NCBI GenBank assembly: GCA_965648905.1
Contig: CBFGIT010000005.1
Coordinates: forward strand, 32,001-96,000
Origin: a candidate division WOR-3 bacterium
GTDB taxonomy: Bacteria; Hydrothermota; Tepidihabitantia; Tepidihabitantales; Tepidihabitantaceae
Reading direction: 5' to 3'
DNA: 64,000 nt
In this document: in pieces, positions 1-10,316 of the stretch
How the letters are laid out: every line of letters begins with the position of its first letter
How positions within the stretch are numbered: the stretch's first letter is position 1
The notes under the pieces: generated by a model
Seen by the model: only the letters and a program-made list of their open reading frames with translations
The model's database searches: none
Told to the model about the DNA's origin: nothing
Program-made: the position numbers and the translations under genes

Positions 1-672
<672 letters not shown>

Positions 673-676
<4 letters not shown>

Positions 677-1257
677 TTCCGTTTCTCGATGACGTCGTCG
701 ACGATGCCGTAGTCCCGAGCTTCCTCGGCCGACATGAAGTAGTTGCGGTCCGAGTCACGGATGATCCGGTCGACCGGCTGACCGGTGTGCTGGGCCATGA
801 TTTCGGCCAGTTGCTGCTTGAGTTTCAGTATCTCCTTGGCATGAATCTCGATGTCGGTTGCCTGGCCGCCGATGCCGTGAGCTGAGGGCTGGTGAATCAT
901 GATTCGGGCTCGAGGCAGGGCAAAGCGCTTGCCCTTCTCGCCCGCGGCAAGCAGCAGCGCAGCAATCGAGGCCGCCTCGCCGACACAGGTCGTGCAGACC
1001 TTGGGCCGGATGTAGCGGATGGTGTCGTAGATTGCCAGGCCGGATGAGACGATGCCGCCGGGCGAATTGACATAGATGTTGATGTCCTTTTCCGGGTCCT
1101 CGGCTTCGAGATAGAGCAACTGGGCAACGACCAGATTGGCGACGTTGTCGTCAATCGGCGAGCCGAGGAAGATGATCCGTTCTTTAAGCAGCCGCGAGTA
1201 GATGTCGTAGGCGCGTTCGCCGCGGCCGGTCTGTTCGATAACCATCGGAATCAGCAC
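673..1257 (-). CDS. clpP: ATP-dependent Clp protease proteolytic subunit
   Basis: [52 protein letters not shown] precedes GTG 1257. Confidence 0.98.
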
Positions 1258-1301
1258 AGGTACCTCCTGCTCAGACTTGCTTGAGGGGCGAGACGTTCTG
1301 G

Positions 1302-2516
1302 TCACGAGACTTCGGCCTTGTCCAGCACGAAGCGCAGGACCTTCTCGCGGAGGAGCTGGTTGCGATAGGCCGGGCTTTCGAGCAGCGGCCGGATTTCCTC
1401 AACCGGCCGCCTGGTATTCTCGGCCATTTCGGTGACTTCCCGTTCCAGTTCCTCGTCGGCGATGTGCAGGCCTTCTTTTTCGGCAATCAAGGAGACGAGA
1501 CAATCGAACTTCGCCCAACGCTCGGCCACGGGCTTGAGTTTGGCGCGTGTCGCATCGTCATCCGGCAGTTCATACTGGTGCTGCAGCCGTTCGAGGGCGG
1601 CCCTGACCCAGGTTTCGGGCGGCTCGAACTGGTGAGAACTGACGAGGAAGTCGAAGACCTGGTTCTTAAGGCCATTCTCCGCGAGCCGGGCGCGGTCGGC
1701 CAGAATGCCCTCGTTGATCTCGATGCGCAGCTTGTCCAGACTCTCATAGCCCAAGTCCCGGGCGAGTTCCTCGGTCAGCTCGGGCAGAATGCGTTCTTTC
1801 ACGTCGCGCACCGTGAACCGGTGGACCATGGTCTTGCCCGCGAGATTCGGGTCGGAGTGGTCGGCAGGCATCGGCACCTCGGCAACACGCTCGTCGCCGG
1901 GCCGGACCCCGAGCAGGGCCGAGTTCACCTCGGCGGCGTTCAGCTTGTCGCCGAGTTCAAGAGTAACGTTCGACTTGGGCTGGCCATGCTCAGTACCATC
2001 GACAAACGTCCGGTAGTCGACGACCACCAGGTCACCAGCCTGGGCCGGCCGGGCCAGCGGTCTGAACTCGGCGCAGCGCTCGCGCAGAGACTGGATTCGG
2101 CGCTCGAACTCCTCGTCGAATCCGGGTGGCTCTTCACGTCGGAGTTTCAGTCCGGAGTAGTCCTTCAGCTCGAACTCGGGTATGACTTCGACTGAGACGA
2201 TGAACCGGATCGTCTTGTCGGGCGTGACGTCGAGACTGGTGACGCGAGCCGAACCCGCGGTTCGCCATTGAACGTCGGTCAGCACCTGCTTGAGTGCGTC
2301 CTCGACCAGTTCTTCCACGGCCGCAGTCTCGAGCTGGCTGCCGATGCGTCGTTCCAGGACGCGGCGCGGGACCCGGCCGGGCCGGAACCCGGGCACGACC
2401 GCCTTGTCCTGGTACTCGACCATGAACTCGTCGAGCTTGGATTTCAGTCGCTCCGGCTCCAGCTCGACTTCGATTTCACGCAGCCACTCTTTGGGCGAGC
2501 GGACAGTCTTCTCCAA
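1302..2516 (-). CDS. tig: Trigger factor
   Basis: [10 protein letters not shown] ribosome-binding signature, FKBP-like middle domain, canonical tig-clpP-clpX order. Confidence 0.95.
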   Translation of the reverse strand: MEKTVRSPKEWLREIEVELEPERLKSKLDEFMVEYQDKAVVPGFRPGRVPRRVLERRIGSQLETAAVEELVEDALKQVLTDVQWRTAGSARVTSLDVTPDKTIRFIVSVEVIPEFELKDYSGLKLRREEPPGFDEEFERRIQSLRERCAEFRPLARPAQAGDLVVVDYRTFVDGTEHGQPKSNVTLELGDKLNAAEVNSALLGVRPGDERVAEVPMPADHSDPNLAGKTMVHRFTVRDVKERILPELTEELARDLGYESLDKLRIEINEGILADRARLAENGLKNQVFDFLVSSHQFEPPETWVRAALERLQHQYELPDDDATRAKLKPVAERWAKFDCLVSLIAEKEGLHIADEELEREVTEMAENTRRPVEEIRPLLESPAYRNQLLREKVLRFVLDKAEVS

Positions 2517-2553
2517 ATGCAGTTCTCCTGAAATGGCAATAGTCCTGAATCAG

Positions 2554-2635
2554 TGCGAGGAGGGGGAGTTGAACCCCCACCCGGTAAAGGACTGGATCCT
2601 AAGTCCAGCGCGTCTGCCAGTTCCGCCATCCTCGC
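2554..2635 (-). tRNA. tRNA-Leu(TAG), CCA not encoded
   Basis: GCGAGGATGGCGGAACTGGCAGACGCGCTGGACTTAGGATCCAG...GGGGGTTCAACTCCCCCTCCTCGCA: cloverleaf with long variable arm, in the usual position upstream of tig. Confidence 0.97.
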
Positions 2636-2667
2636 AGTACGGCGGCGGAGGCCGCTGAAGGCCTGCC

Positions 2668-2696
2668 AGTATAGAAAGCGCACCGGGAAGTGTCAA
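2668..2696 (-). promoter_or_regulatory. sigma70-type promoter of the tRNA-Leu/tig operon
   Basis: TTGACA-17nt-TATACT just upstream of the tRNA. Confidence 0.7.
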
Positions 2697-2897
2697 GGAA
2701 ACGAGAGCCTCAGCCCGGATGGTCAGATTGAACTGACACGCGAATCCCGGGGATACAGTACTCAATCATCGGTTGTCAATACGCAGGCAGGAAGGCGAGG
2801 GCCGGGCCACAGGCAACGGCGTGCACCTGCTCAAGCTCGTCGCAGCCAAGGAGCAAGCGACCCACACAACTCAGGTAACTTCGGCGGGGGAAAGCAG

Positions 2898-3086
2898 TCA
2901 GACCGGAATCGCGGCGCCAGACCGCTCCCACCGCGGCCTCGCCGGTGTCCGACGGCAGTTTTGCCTTCTCCGCCCCGACTCGTGACTTCTGATTTCGCCC
3001 TGCTGCTCCACGCGGTCCCACTCTGCCATGACCAGTTGTCCGAGCCGTTCACCCATCTCGGGCATGTCCAGACGGTTCGGCGCCAC
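2898..3086 (-). CDS. Possible small hypothetical protein (62 aa), possibly leaderless
   Basis: TATACT (3098-3093) lies 6 nt before the GTG; amphipathic N-terminus LDMPEMGERLGQLVMAEWDRVEQQ; no family recognised. Confidence 0.3.
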   Translation of the reverse strand: MAPNRLDMPEMGERLGQLVMAEWDRVEQQGEIRSHESGRRRQNCRRTPARPRWERSGAAIPV

Positions 3087-3204
3087 ACCACTAGTATACT
3101 CTTATCGCTACCCCTGCGCAAGCGGGATTTCAGCCCAACCGGTTGTCATGTCGCGACTTAGCCCACTGCGACATTTGAGGTGGGTACGGTCTCCCTTGCC
3201 ACTT

Positions 3205-3490
3205 GCGCCGCGGTTCTGGCCGTCGCCGTGAGAGCGGCTTGGCCTGTCCCGGTCGGTGTCGCTCTGGCCGACGCCGGCCTTAGCGTTCTCCCTGCCGAGG
3301 TGTCTATCCCTATGCCCGTCGCTCTGTTCCCGGCTTGGCTCTTGGCCCGCTGCGCCGCTCCGGCCTGCGCTCGGAATGTGGCTCTGGCCGTGGTTCCGGC
3401 CGCGGCTGGCATATCCGCTTCCCTCTGTGCACCAGTGATTGCGCACACTGGGCCGGTATCCGGGTGCGTCGCAATGCCTTTGTCGCATGC
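3205..3490. repeat. Degenerate 12-nt-period intergenic array (array A)
   Basis: In-register units, e.g. TGTGGCTCTGGC/CGTGGTTCCGGC/CGCGGCTGGCAT (3377-3412), TGTCGCTCTGGC, CGTCGCTCTGTT. Confidence 0.6.
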
Positions 3491-3631
3491 CTAATTCCCT
3501 GACTGACAGTGAGATACGTTACACTGCGTCCGGCTTGAAGCCAGCGGGTCTGACTTGACGCAGACCGTCCGATTCACGTCTATCATCCGCAACTACATGA
3601 ACTTAGCTTGATTGAGTTGTCCCGGTCAGGC

Positions 3632-3647
3632 TGGAACAATGGTTGCA
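3632..3647 (+). promoter_or_regulatory. Putative sigma54 (-24/-12) promoter
   Basis: TGGAAC-AATGG-TTGCA: invariant GG and GC at the correct spacing, about 120 nt upstream of the 3770 ORF. Confidence 0.6.
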
Positions 3648-3769
3648 CTGGAGTTGGCAGTTACTGGGGTAAGAAGGGGTTGGCTGCGTGGGTATTCCGG
3701 TCGACGGCCGGGCCGATGCGGTCACCCTGAGTTGAGGGTATCATAACAACCTACGTTTGGGGGTGTACA

Positions 3770-4732
3770 GTGTTTGCAGAACTACTAACAGTGGACCGCA
3801 CTGAACCGATACAAGAACTACTCAGTTCCTATCCTCATAAGCCCTTTGGCTGGGCGCTCAACGAGGACAGCGAAGGCCTCGTCGAGTACTTGAGGAGCCA
3901 GATTGCCCACGACATCGAGTCCGGCGGCATGGTGAAGACGTACTATCTCGGCGGCAAGGTCGTCGGGCTGTGCGCCACCTGCCCGGACAGTTGGGCCACT
4001 CAGGAGCTGCGACGGCGGGCACACCGCGTTACGCAGCTCATGGCTTTGGGCAAAACCGAGGCACAACTGCTCATCAAGACGCTGCTGCTCAACGAGGCGC
4101 TCCGCGACCTGAGGGGCGCAAGCTGTCTTGTGGCCAACGTTCCCTACTCCGACCTCACCAGCATCAACGCGCTCGAGCGCACCGGGTTTGTTGCGACTCA
4201 GACTTCGCTGGTCCTCGCCCGCGACTTGGAGAACGCCGAAGCCGACACGACCGCGGACGCCGGCTACGATGTTGCGACCGTTGACGACGACGAATTCGAC
4301 CGCGTGCTGCGTCAGGCCGGTATGGAGATTCCAGACGGGTTCCTCGGCTGGGATTCGGGCCTGCCGCAGGGTACGGTGACGAGAATCCACAACGACTGGC
4401 TCCGTTCCTATGCCCACGAGAAGAACCTCAAGGTTGCTTCGGACCACGGCCGTCCGGTTGGCCTGTTGGCCGAGCGGGTCCGTACCGACACGACCCCGAC
4501 GCTTGGCTTCAGTGTTGGTGCGATCGACCTGGTCGCAACCGTTGCCGAGTACCGCAACAACGGCGTTGCCGGCCACCTGGTCATGGATACGCTGCGCAGC
4601 TTCAAGGCCGACGGAGTCCGGCTGGCAGAGATGAAGGTTCATTCTGCTCTCACGCCGGCGGCAGCGGCGCTCGGGGCGAGCGGATTCGCCCCGGTCGGAA
4701 CCACGGTGACAATGACAAACTGGAGGCACTAA
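3770..4732 (+). CDS. Two-domain GNAT acetyltransferase (WecD/RffC-like)
   Basis: C-terminal GAIDLVATVAEYRNNGVAGHLV acetyl-CoA motif; N-terminal GNAT-like repeat (SINALERTGF). Confidence 0.7.
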   Translation: MFAELLTVDRTEPIQELLSSYPHKPFGWALNEDSEGLVEYLRSQIAHDIESGGMVKTYYLGGKVVGLCATCPDSWATQELRRRAHRVTQLMALGKTEAQLLIKTLLLNEALRDLRGASCLVANVPYSDLTSINALERTGFVATQTSLVLARDLENAEADTTADAGYDVATVDDDEFDRVLRQAGMEIPDGFLGWDSGLPQGTVTRIHNDWLRSYAHEKNLKVASDHGRPVGLLAERVRTDTTPTLGFSVGAIDLVATVAEYRNNGVAGHLVMDTLRSFKADGVRLAEMKVHSALTPAAAALGASGFAPVGTTVTMTNWRH

Positions 4733-4828
4733 CGGAAACCTGCACCGAGAGAGAAGCCCGGACCGGCCTCGCGGGAGAGCCGGCCCGGGTTGTCTCGGCA
4801 GCAGATGTCGCAACAAAGAGAGGAAGCT

Positions 4829-5260
4829 ATGAACAGAGCAACCGTCCACGTCCTGGTCTGCGTTCTGGTGCTTGGGGCGGGCGCGATAGTCCGGGCCCAG
4901 GATACTGAAACCGCCTCTTTGGCGGTGCGTGCCGCGGTCTGGGGTCAGGTTGCCCGACCCGGTCAGTATCTGCTTCGGGGCAGCCCGGACCTTTTCGAAC
5001 TGCTTTCCCAGGCCGGCGGTCCGACCGCCAATGCCGACCTCACCCGGATTCTGCTCATCCGAGAGCGCGACAAGACGCGCCGGCGCGTGAATCTGGACCG
5101 GGTCATCGCCTCGGGTGAACCGTTGTTCATCACGCCCGGTGACGTCGTGGTTGTACCCGAGTCGGGCTGGAGCCGATTCAAGAGTAACCTGCCGGTCGTC
5201 TCGACTCTTGTCGTCGTGGCGAATCTGGTTGTAACCGTGACTCTGATGGCACGCAAGTAG
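4829..5260 (+). CDS. SLBB-domain protein (polysaccharide export Wza-like module)
   Basis: Signal peptide; VWGQVARPGQY, LLSQAGGPTANADLTRI, PGDVVVVPES; C-terminal hydrophobic helix. Confidence 0.8.
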   Translation: MNRATVHVLVCVLVLGAGAIVRAQDTETASLAVRAAVWGQVARPGQYLLRGSPDLFELLSQAGGPTANADLTRILLIRERDKTRRRVNLDRVIASGEPLFITPGDVVVVPESGWSRFKSNLPVVSTLVVVANLVVTVTLMARK

Positions 5261-5278
5261 GGACACTCGACGACCAGT

Positions 5279-7705
5279 ATGACTACCGCAAAGGCCGTTC
5301 TCGCACCCGAGGAAAACGCGCACCTTGACCCGGTGCCGGTTGCCCGGACAGCTCCGGCGATTCTCGTTGTCGACGACGAAACCGGGTTTGCCGACACCCT
5401 CGCCGACATCCTCGGCTCCCGGGGTTATCGCACGGTTAAGGCGGGCAACGGTCGCGACGCCGTACGGATCGTCCAGCAGACCCAGATTGACCTCGCACTC
5501 GTAGACCTGAAACTCCCTGACATCCCGGGGACTGAGGTGCTTGCGCGCATCCGCGAGACGTCGCCGACCACTGAGGTCATCATCCTTACCGGCCATGCCT
5601 CGCTCGACACGGCCCTGCGGGCCCTGAACCTGGGCGCATCCGGCTACATCGAGAAGCCCTATGACATTGACCGGCTGTTTCTCGTCATTGAGCGGGCACT
5701 GGCAAGTCGGGCACGTCGTGCCGGCGGAACCCCGGCCGCCGAACTGGGCCGGTTGCTCGATGCGTCCAGTGTGCCGGTCTTTGCCTTCGAACTCACCACC
5801 GGCCGAGTCACGGCGGCCAGCGCCGCGTTTGATAACCTGTTCGACGACCTTGCCGGCGGCGAGCACCAGCCGCGGCCGACCCTGGCGGCGATTCTCGCCC
5901 ATGCCGACCCGCAGGAGTCGACTGCCCATGTTGCCCGACTGAACCGGTTCGGCCGGGCCGGAACCGACCTGCCGTTCCAACGCCGCGATGGGAGCGTGAC
6001 CTGGTTCGAGTTGACGTCAACGACAATTGACACGCGGCCCGGGCTTGCGCTCGGGGTGATGGTCGACGTTACGGCCCGGCGCCGGGCTGAAGCCGAATCG
6101 CGCCGCAGCCGGCGATACTTCGAAGCGATCTTCGACAACCTTGCCGCAGGCGTGGCCTTGATTGACTCGGCCTACACGATTCAGCGGGTCAACGCGGCCT
6201 TTGCCCGGTTCTACGGTTCAACGGCTAGCGCGCTTGTTGGCCGCCGGTGCTACGAGGTCATGCACAGGCACCCGACGCCGTGCCAGCTTCACGGCGAGGT
6301 CTGCCCGATGGTCAACTGCCTGGCGCTGGGTGCAACGACCCGGGTCCAGCACCGCCACACCGACCCTGAGGGTCGAGTCCGTTATCAGGAGACGACGATG
6401 ACCCCGCTGCGGGACGAAGAGGGTACGGTCATATCGTTCGCCGCGGTGTTCGCCGATTTTACGGAGATCAAGCTTGCTCAGGAGGAATCCGAGCTCAAGT
6501 CGAGGAAGCTTGAGCAGTTGAACCAGGACCTGGAGTCCCAGAGCAATCAGCTTGTCGCCCAGGCTGAGGAACTGGAGAGGGCCAACGCCGAGCTGATCCG
6601 ACTGACCGCAGCCAAGGACGACTTTGTCTCGATGGTCTCGCACGAACTCCGCACCCCGCTTACCGCCATCAGCGAGGGAATCAGCCTGGTCGCAGACAGC
6701 TCGCTCGGCCCGGTCAACGAACAGCAGCGCCGGTTCCTGGCGCTTGCGCATCGCAACTGCACCCGGCTCACCGACCTGATCAACGACCTGCTCGACCTCT
6801 CGAAGATTGAGGCCGGCCGGATGGATGTCCGGCCGGTCCGGTTCGATGTCAGCCGGATGCTCGGCGAGCTGGCGGAGACATTCGGCGTCTCGGCGCGGGA
6901 AAAGAAACTCGTCCTTGCTGCGCCGGGCAACGACTGTCAGCACCACGTCTACGCCGATGAGAAGATGGTCCGTCGAGTTCTCAACAACCTGCTCAGTAAT
7001 GCGCTCAAGTTCACCGACTCGGGCACGGTTCGGATTGCAGCAGAGACCCGGGGCGACCACCTCCTGGTCAGCGTCGCCGACTCAGGTATCGGCATTCCCG
7101 CATCAGAACAGCAGCGCATGTTTGAGAAGTTTCACCAGGTCCAGCGTGCTGACCGGGGCCGGCCGGCCGGAACCGGACTCGGTCTGGCCCTTACCAAGCA
7201 GATGGTCGAAATGAACGGCGGTCGTATCTGGTTTGAGAGCCAGGAGGGGGTCGGAACCACTTTCTTCTTCACGCTGCCGCTCGACTCAGACCTTGCCCGG
7301 GTATCGGCCCTGCTCAGCCGCCGTACCGTCAGTGCACCCCGGATGCGGGCAACATTGCTGCTCACGCTGCTTGACGCCGGCGAACTGTGCCGAACCCACG
7401 GTGCCGATGCTCTGGACCAGGCCGCGGATGCCATCGACAGCATCATCAATGCCTGCCATCTCAGTACCCTTGCCCGCCAGCGGCTGCCCGAGAGCGGCGA
7501 CACCATCCTGTTGCTTGAGGGAACCGAACCGGAACTGGTTGCTCAGGAGCGCTCGCTGCGGGGTAAGCTCAAAGGTGCAACCTTTGTCCTGGACGAAGAG
7601 GTTGCTCCAGTCAGAGTCGGGGTCGGCGTCTGCCGACTGAATGGTTCGGTTGAACCGCGCGACCTGCTTGAGACACTGCGTCGGGAGGTAGCCAGTGTCT
7701 GCTGA
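5279..7705 (+). CDS. Hybrid sensor histidine kinase (REC-PAS-PAS-HisKA-HATPase plus degenerate GGDEF-like tail)
   Basis: ILVVDDE receiver; PAS with CYEVMH...PC...CP; SHELRTPL, NLLSNALKFT, DSGIGI, GTGLGL boxes. Confidence 0.93.
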   Translation: MTTAKAVLAPEENAHLDPVPVARTAPAILVVDDETGFADTLADILGSRGYRTVKAGNGRDAVRIVQQTQIDLALVDLKLPDIPGTEVLARIRETSPTTEVIILTGHASLDTALRALNLGASGYIEKPYDIDRLFLVIERALASRARRAGGTPAAELGRLLDASSVPVFAFELTTGRVTAASAAFDNLFDDLAGGEHQPRPTLAAILAHADPQESTAHVARLNRFGRAGTDLPFQRRDGSVTWFELTSTTIDTRPGLALGVMVDVTARRRAEAESRRSRRYFEAIFDNLAAGVALIDSAYTIQRVNAAFARFYGSTASALVGRRCYEVMHRHPTPCQLHGEVCPMVNCLALGATTRVQHRHTDPEGRVRYQETTMTPLRDEEGTVISFAAVFADFTEIKLAQEESELKSRKLEQLNQDLESQSNQLVAQAEELERANAELIRLTAAKDDFVSMVSHELRTPLTAISEGISLVADSSLGPVNEQQRRFLALAHRNCTRLTDLINDLLDLSKIEAGRMDVRPVRFDVSRMLGELAETFGVSAREKKLVLAAPGNDCQHHVYADEKMVRRVLNNLLSNALKFTDSGTVRIAAETRGDHLLVSVADSGIGIPASEQQRMFEKFHQVQRADRGRPAGTGLGLALTKQMVEMNGGRIWFESQEGVGTTFFFTLPLDSDLARVSALLSRRTVSAPRMRATLLLTLLDAGELCRTHGADALDQAADAIDSIINACHLSTLARQRLPESGDTILLLEGTEPELVAQERSLRGKLKGATFVLDEEVAPVRVGVGVCRLNGSVEPRDLLETLRREVASVC

Positions 7706-8126
7706 CCGCCGCCCGCGGATACTCCTGGCCGACGACGAACGCGACATTGCGCTTGTCGCCCGGATGCGGCTTGAGGTCAACGGCTACGAAGTCCTGACGG
7801 TGGCCGACGGCGCCGAGGCTCTCGAGCGATTGCCGACGTTCCGGCCGGACCTCGTCCTCCTTGACCTGCGCATGCCCAAACTCGACGGGTACCAGGTCTG
7901 CCGAGCGCTCAAGTCCAACCCGGCAACCCGCTCGGTCCCGGTAATCATTTTCTCTGCCTCAAGCTCTCAGGCGCTGGCGCTGGAGCGCAAGTGCCTTGAG
8001 CTTGGCGCGGACGACTTCGTGCGCAAGCCGTATACCTCTGAAGACCTGCTGGCCAAAGTCCGACATCATCTGGCTGTCGGCGCGCGACCGACTGGTTGCC
8101 CGCAATCCACCGAGGTGTCATCATGA
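7695..8126 (+). CDS. Single-domain response regulator
   Basis: ILLADDE, LLDLRMPKLDG, DDFVRKP. Confidence 0.92.
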   Translation: MSADRRPRILLADDERDIALVARMRLEVNGYEVLTVADGAEALERLPTFRPDLVLLDLRMPKLDGYQVCRALKSNPATRSVPVIIFSASSSQALALERKCLELGADDFVRKPYTSEDLLAKVRHHLAVGARPTGCPQSTEVSS

Positions 8127-8569
8127 GTCAAGAGAACGGACATAAGACCATTCTGGTTGTTGACGACGAGGAAGATATCCGTTTCGTTCTTGAGGCCCGG
8201 CTCACGGCGGCTGGTTTTCGGGTCGAAACTGCCGCCAACGGCATGGAGGCGCTCAGCCGGATTCGCTCCAGCCCGCCGGACCTTATCGTCCTCGACCTGA
8301 TGCTTCCCGGCATTGACGGGTTCGGCATCTGCGGCATGGTCAAGCGCGACCAACGCTTCAGCCGCATTCCGGTCGTCATGCTTACGGCCCGGGTTCAGCC
8401 CAATGACCGCAAGACGTCGGCCAGACTCGGCGCCGATGCTTTCGTCGCCAAACCGTTCCAGGCCGAGGAACTGATTGGTCGGATTCGAGAGCTGCTCAAT
8501 CCCGCGCCCAAAGACGCCAGCGGCACATCCGAAGTATCGCTCGGCTCGCCCCTGCCATCTCCGGCATGA
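8123..8569 (+). CDS. Single-domain response regulator
   Basis: ILVVDDE, VLDLMLPGIDG, MLTA, AFVAKPF; ATG overlaps the previous stop. Confidence 0.92.
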   Translation: MSQENGHKTILVVDDEEDIRFVLEARLTAAGFRVETAANGMEALSRIRSSPPDLIVLDLMLPGIDGFGICGMVKRDQRFSRIPVVMLTARVQPNDRKTSARLGADAFVAKPFQAEELIGRIRELLNPAPKDASGTSEVSLGSPLPSPA

Positions 8570-10254
8570 ACGAACTCCTGCTCAGCCGCGTTCTCCGTCG
8601 TCATGCCGGGTTGGATGACGCCGCGCTTGCCGACCTGAACCACGAAGCGGTCAAGACCGAATCATCGCTCGAACAGGTCGTACTCCGGCGTAAGCTCGTC
8701 ACGCGCGAGCAGCTCTACGAACACTTCGCCCGTGAGCTCGACGTCCCTTACATCGACCTGGCCAACTTCATGGTTGACCCGGAGCTCCTCAAGCTTGTCC
8801 CTGAGGAAGTCGCGCGCCGCGTCCGAGCCGTGCCCTTGTTTCAGATCGACGGCAATCTTACTGTGGCCATGGCCAACCCGGACGACATCGGTGCGCTCGA
8901 CGAGCTCCATCGCATCCTTGGTCTTGAGATCAACCCGGCGCTGGCTGACCCGGAGGCGATCGACGAAGTCCTCAACCATCACTGCCATGCCGGTCAGGGC
9001 GAGGTGATGGAGTGTGTCCTGACCGAGCTTGAGGCCGACGAGGCCCTGCACTTCATCGAAGCCGAGTCGGCGGACAAGACGCTCGAACAGCTTGCGAGCG
9101 AAGCGCCGGTGGTCCGCCTGGTCAACTCGATGCTTGAACAGGCGGCCCGGGAACGTGCATCCGACATCCATGTCGAACCCGACGAAGACACCCTGCGCGT
9201 CAGAATGCGCGTCGATGGTCTGCTCCGGGAAACCGGCAAATGGCCGGCCAAACTTCACCCCGCGGTCGTCTCCCGTATCAAGATTCTCGCCGGCATGGAC
9301 ATCTCCGACAAACGGAGACCCCAGGATGGCCGGTTCGACATCGCTTTCGGCGGACGTCAGATGGACACCCGCGTCTCGACCTTTCCAACGGTCTACGGCG
9401 AGAACGTCGTCATCCGGCTGCTCGACAAGGCCGGCCGGCACATCGGGCTCTCGGACCTCGGCATGACACCGGAAACAACAAGCCGCTTCGAAACCGTCTT
9501 TCACCAGCCGCATGGCATCATCCTTGTCACCGGCCCGACCGGCTCGGGCAAGACCACGACCCTGTACTCGGTCCTCTCGGTTCTCAACTCGGCCGAGAAG
9601 AACATCGTCACGCTTGAGGAGCCGGTTGAGTATCGGCTTCCGCTCATCCGCCAGTGTCAGGTCAACCCCAAGGCCGGGGTAACCTTTGCCGGCGGATTGA
9701 GGGCGATTCTCCGTCAGGACCCGGACATAATTCTGGTCGGTGAAATCCGCGACGGCGAGACAGCGGAGATTGCGTTCCAGGCCGCCCTCACCGGTCACCT
9801 GGTGCTTTCGACGCTCCATACCAACGACGCAGCCAGTGCTCTAACCCGGATGATCGACATGCACCTTGAGCCGTTTCTCATTTCCTCCAGCGTCATCGGG
9901 ATTCTTGCTCAGCGGCTGCTGCGACGGGTCTGCGAACGTTGTGCTGAGACCTATGTGCCGGACGCGGCTGTTCTTCAACGTCTGGGGATTGACCCAGGCA
10001 CAAGATTCACCCACGGTCGGGGCTGCTCGGCCTGTGGCGAAAGGGGTTTTCGCGGTCGCATGGGAATCTACGAGCTTCTCCTGATGACCCCGGAAATCCA
10101 GCACATGGTCATGGAGCGCCGTTCGGCTGAGGATATCAACGTCCTTGCCCTCAGTCAGGGTATGGTGCCGATGCGCGAAGACGCGCTGGCCAAAGCCCGC
10201 AAAGGACTCACCACTCCGGAAGAAGTCCTCCGCGTCACCCAAGACAGCAACTAG
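8566..10254 (+). CDS. GspE/PilB family secretion/pilus extension ATPase
   Basis: ASDIHVEP, GPTGSGKTTT, TLEEPVEY, LRQDPDIILVGEIRD, GHLVLSTLHTND, Zn motif CERC...CSAC, degenerate MshEN-like N-terminus. Confidence 0.95.
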   Translation: MNELLLSRVLRRHAGLDDAALADLNHEAVKTESSLEQVVLRRKLVTREQLYEHFARELDVPYIDLANFMVDPELLKLVPEEVARRVRAVPLFQIDGNLTVAMANPDDIGALDELHRILGLEINPALADPEAIDEVLNHHCHAGQGEVMECVLTELEADEALHFIEAESADKTLEQLASEAPVVRLVNSMLEQAARERASDIHVEPDEDTLRVRMRVDGLLRETGKWPAKLHPAVVSRIKILAGMDISDKRRPQDGRFDIAFGGRQMDTRVSTFPTVYGENVVIRLLDKAGRHIGLSDLGMTPETTSRFETVFHQPHGIILVTGPTGSGKTTTLYSVLSVLNSAEKNIVTLEEPVEYRLPLIRQCQVNPKAGVTFAGGLRAILRQDPDIILVGEIRDGETAEIAFQAALTGHLVLSTLHTNDAASALTRMIDMHLEPFLISSSVIGILAQRLLRRVCERCAETYVPDAAVLQRLGIDPGTRFTHGRGCSACGERGFRGRMGIYELLLMTPEIQHMVMERRSAEDINVLALSQGMVPMREDALAKARKGLTTPEEVLRVTQDSN

Positions 10255-10316
10255 CCCAGCTACCAGGTTCCGCGTCCATCCTTGATTCGCCGGTTCAACA
10301 GGCTAACCTATCTCTC

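Noticed and set aside
2554..2635. tRNA-Leu as an integration site
   Set aside because: No integrase or transposase, and no duplicated tRNA 3' end, seen in the window; tig follows directly.
3818..5980. 720-aa minus-strand ORF
   Set aside because: Antisense shadow of three well-supported plus-strand genes in GC-rich DNA; no recognisable motifs.
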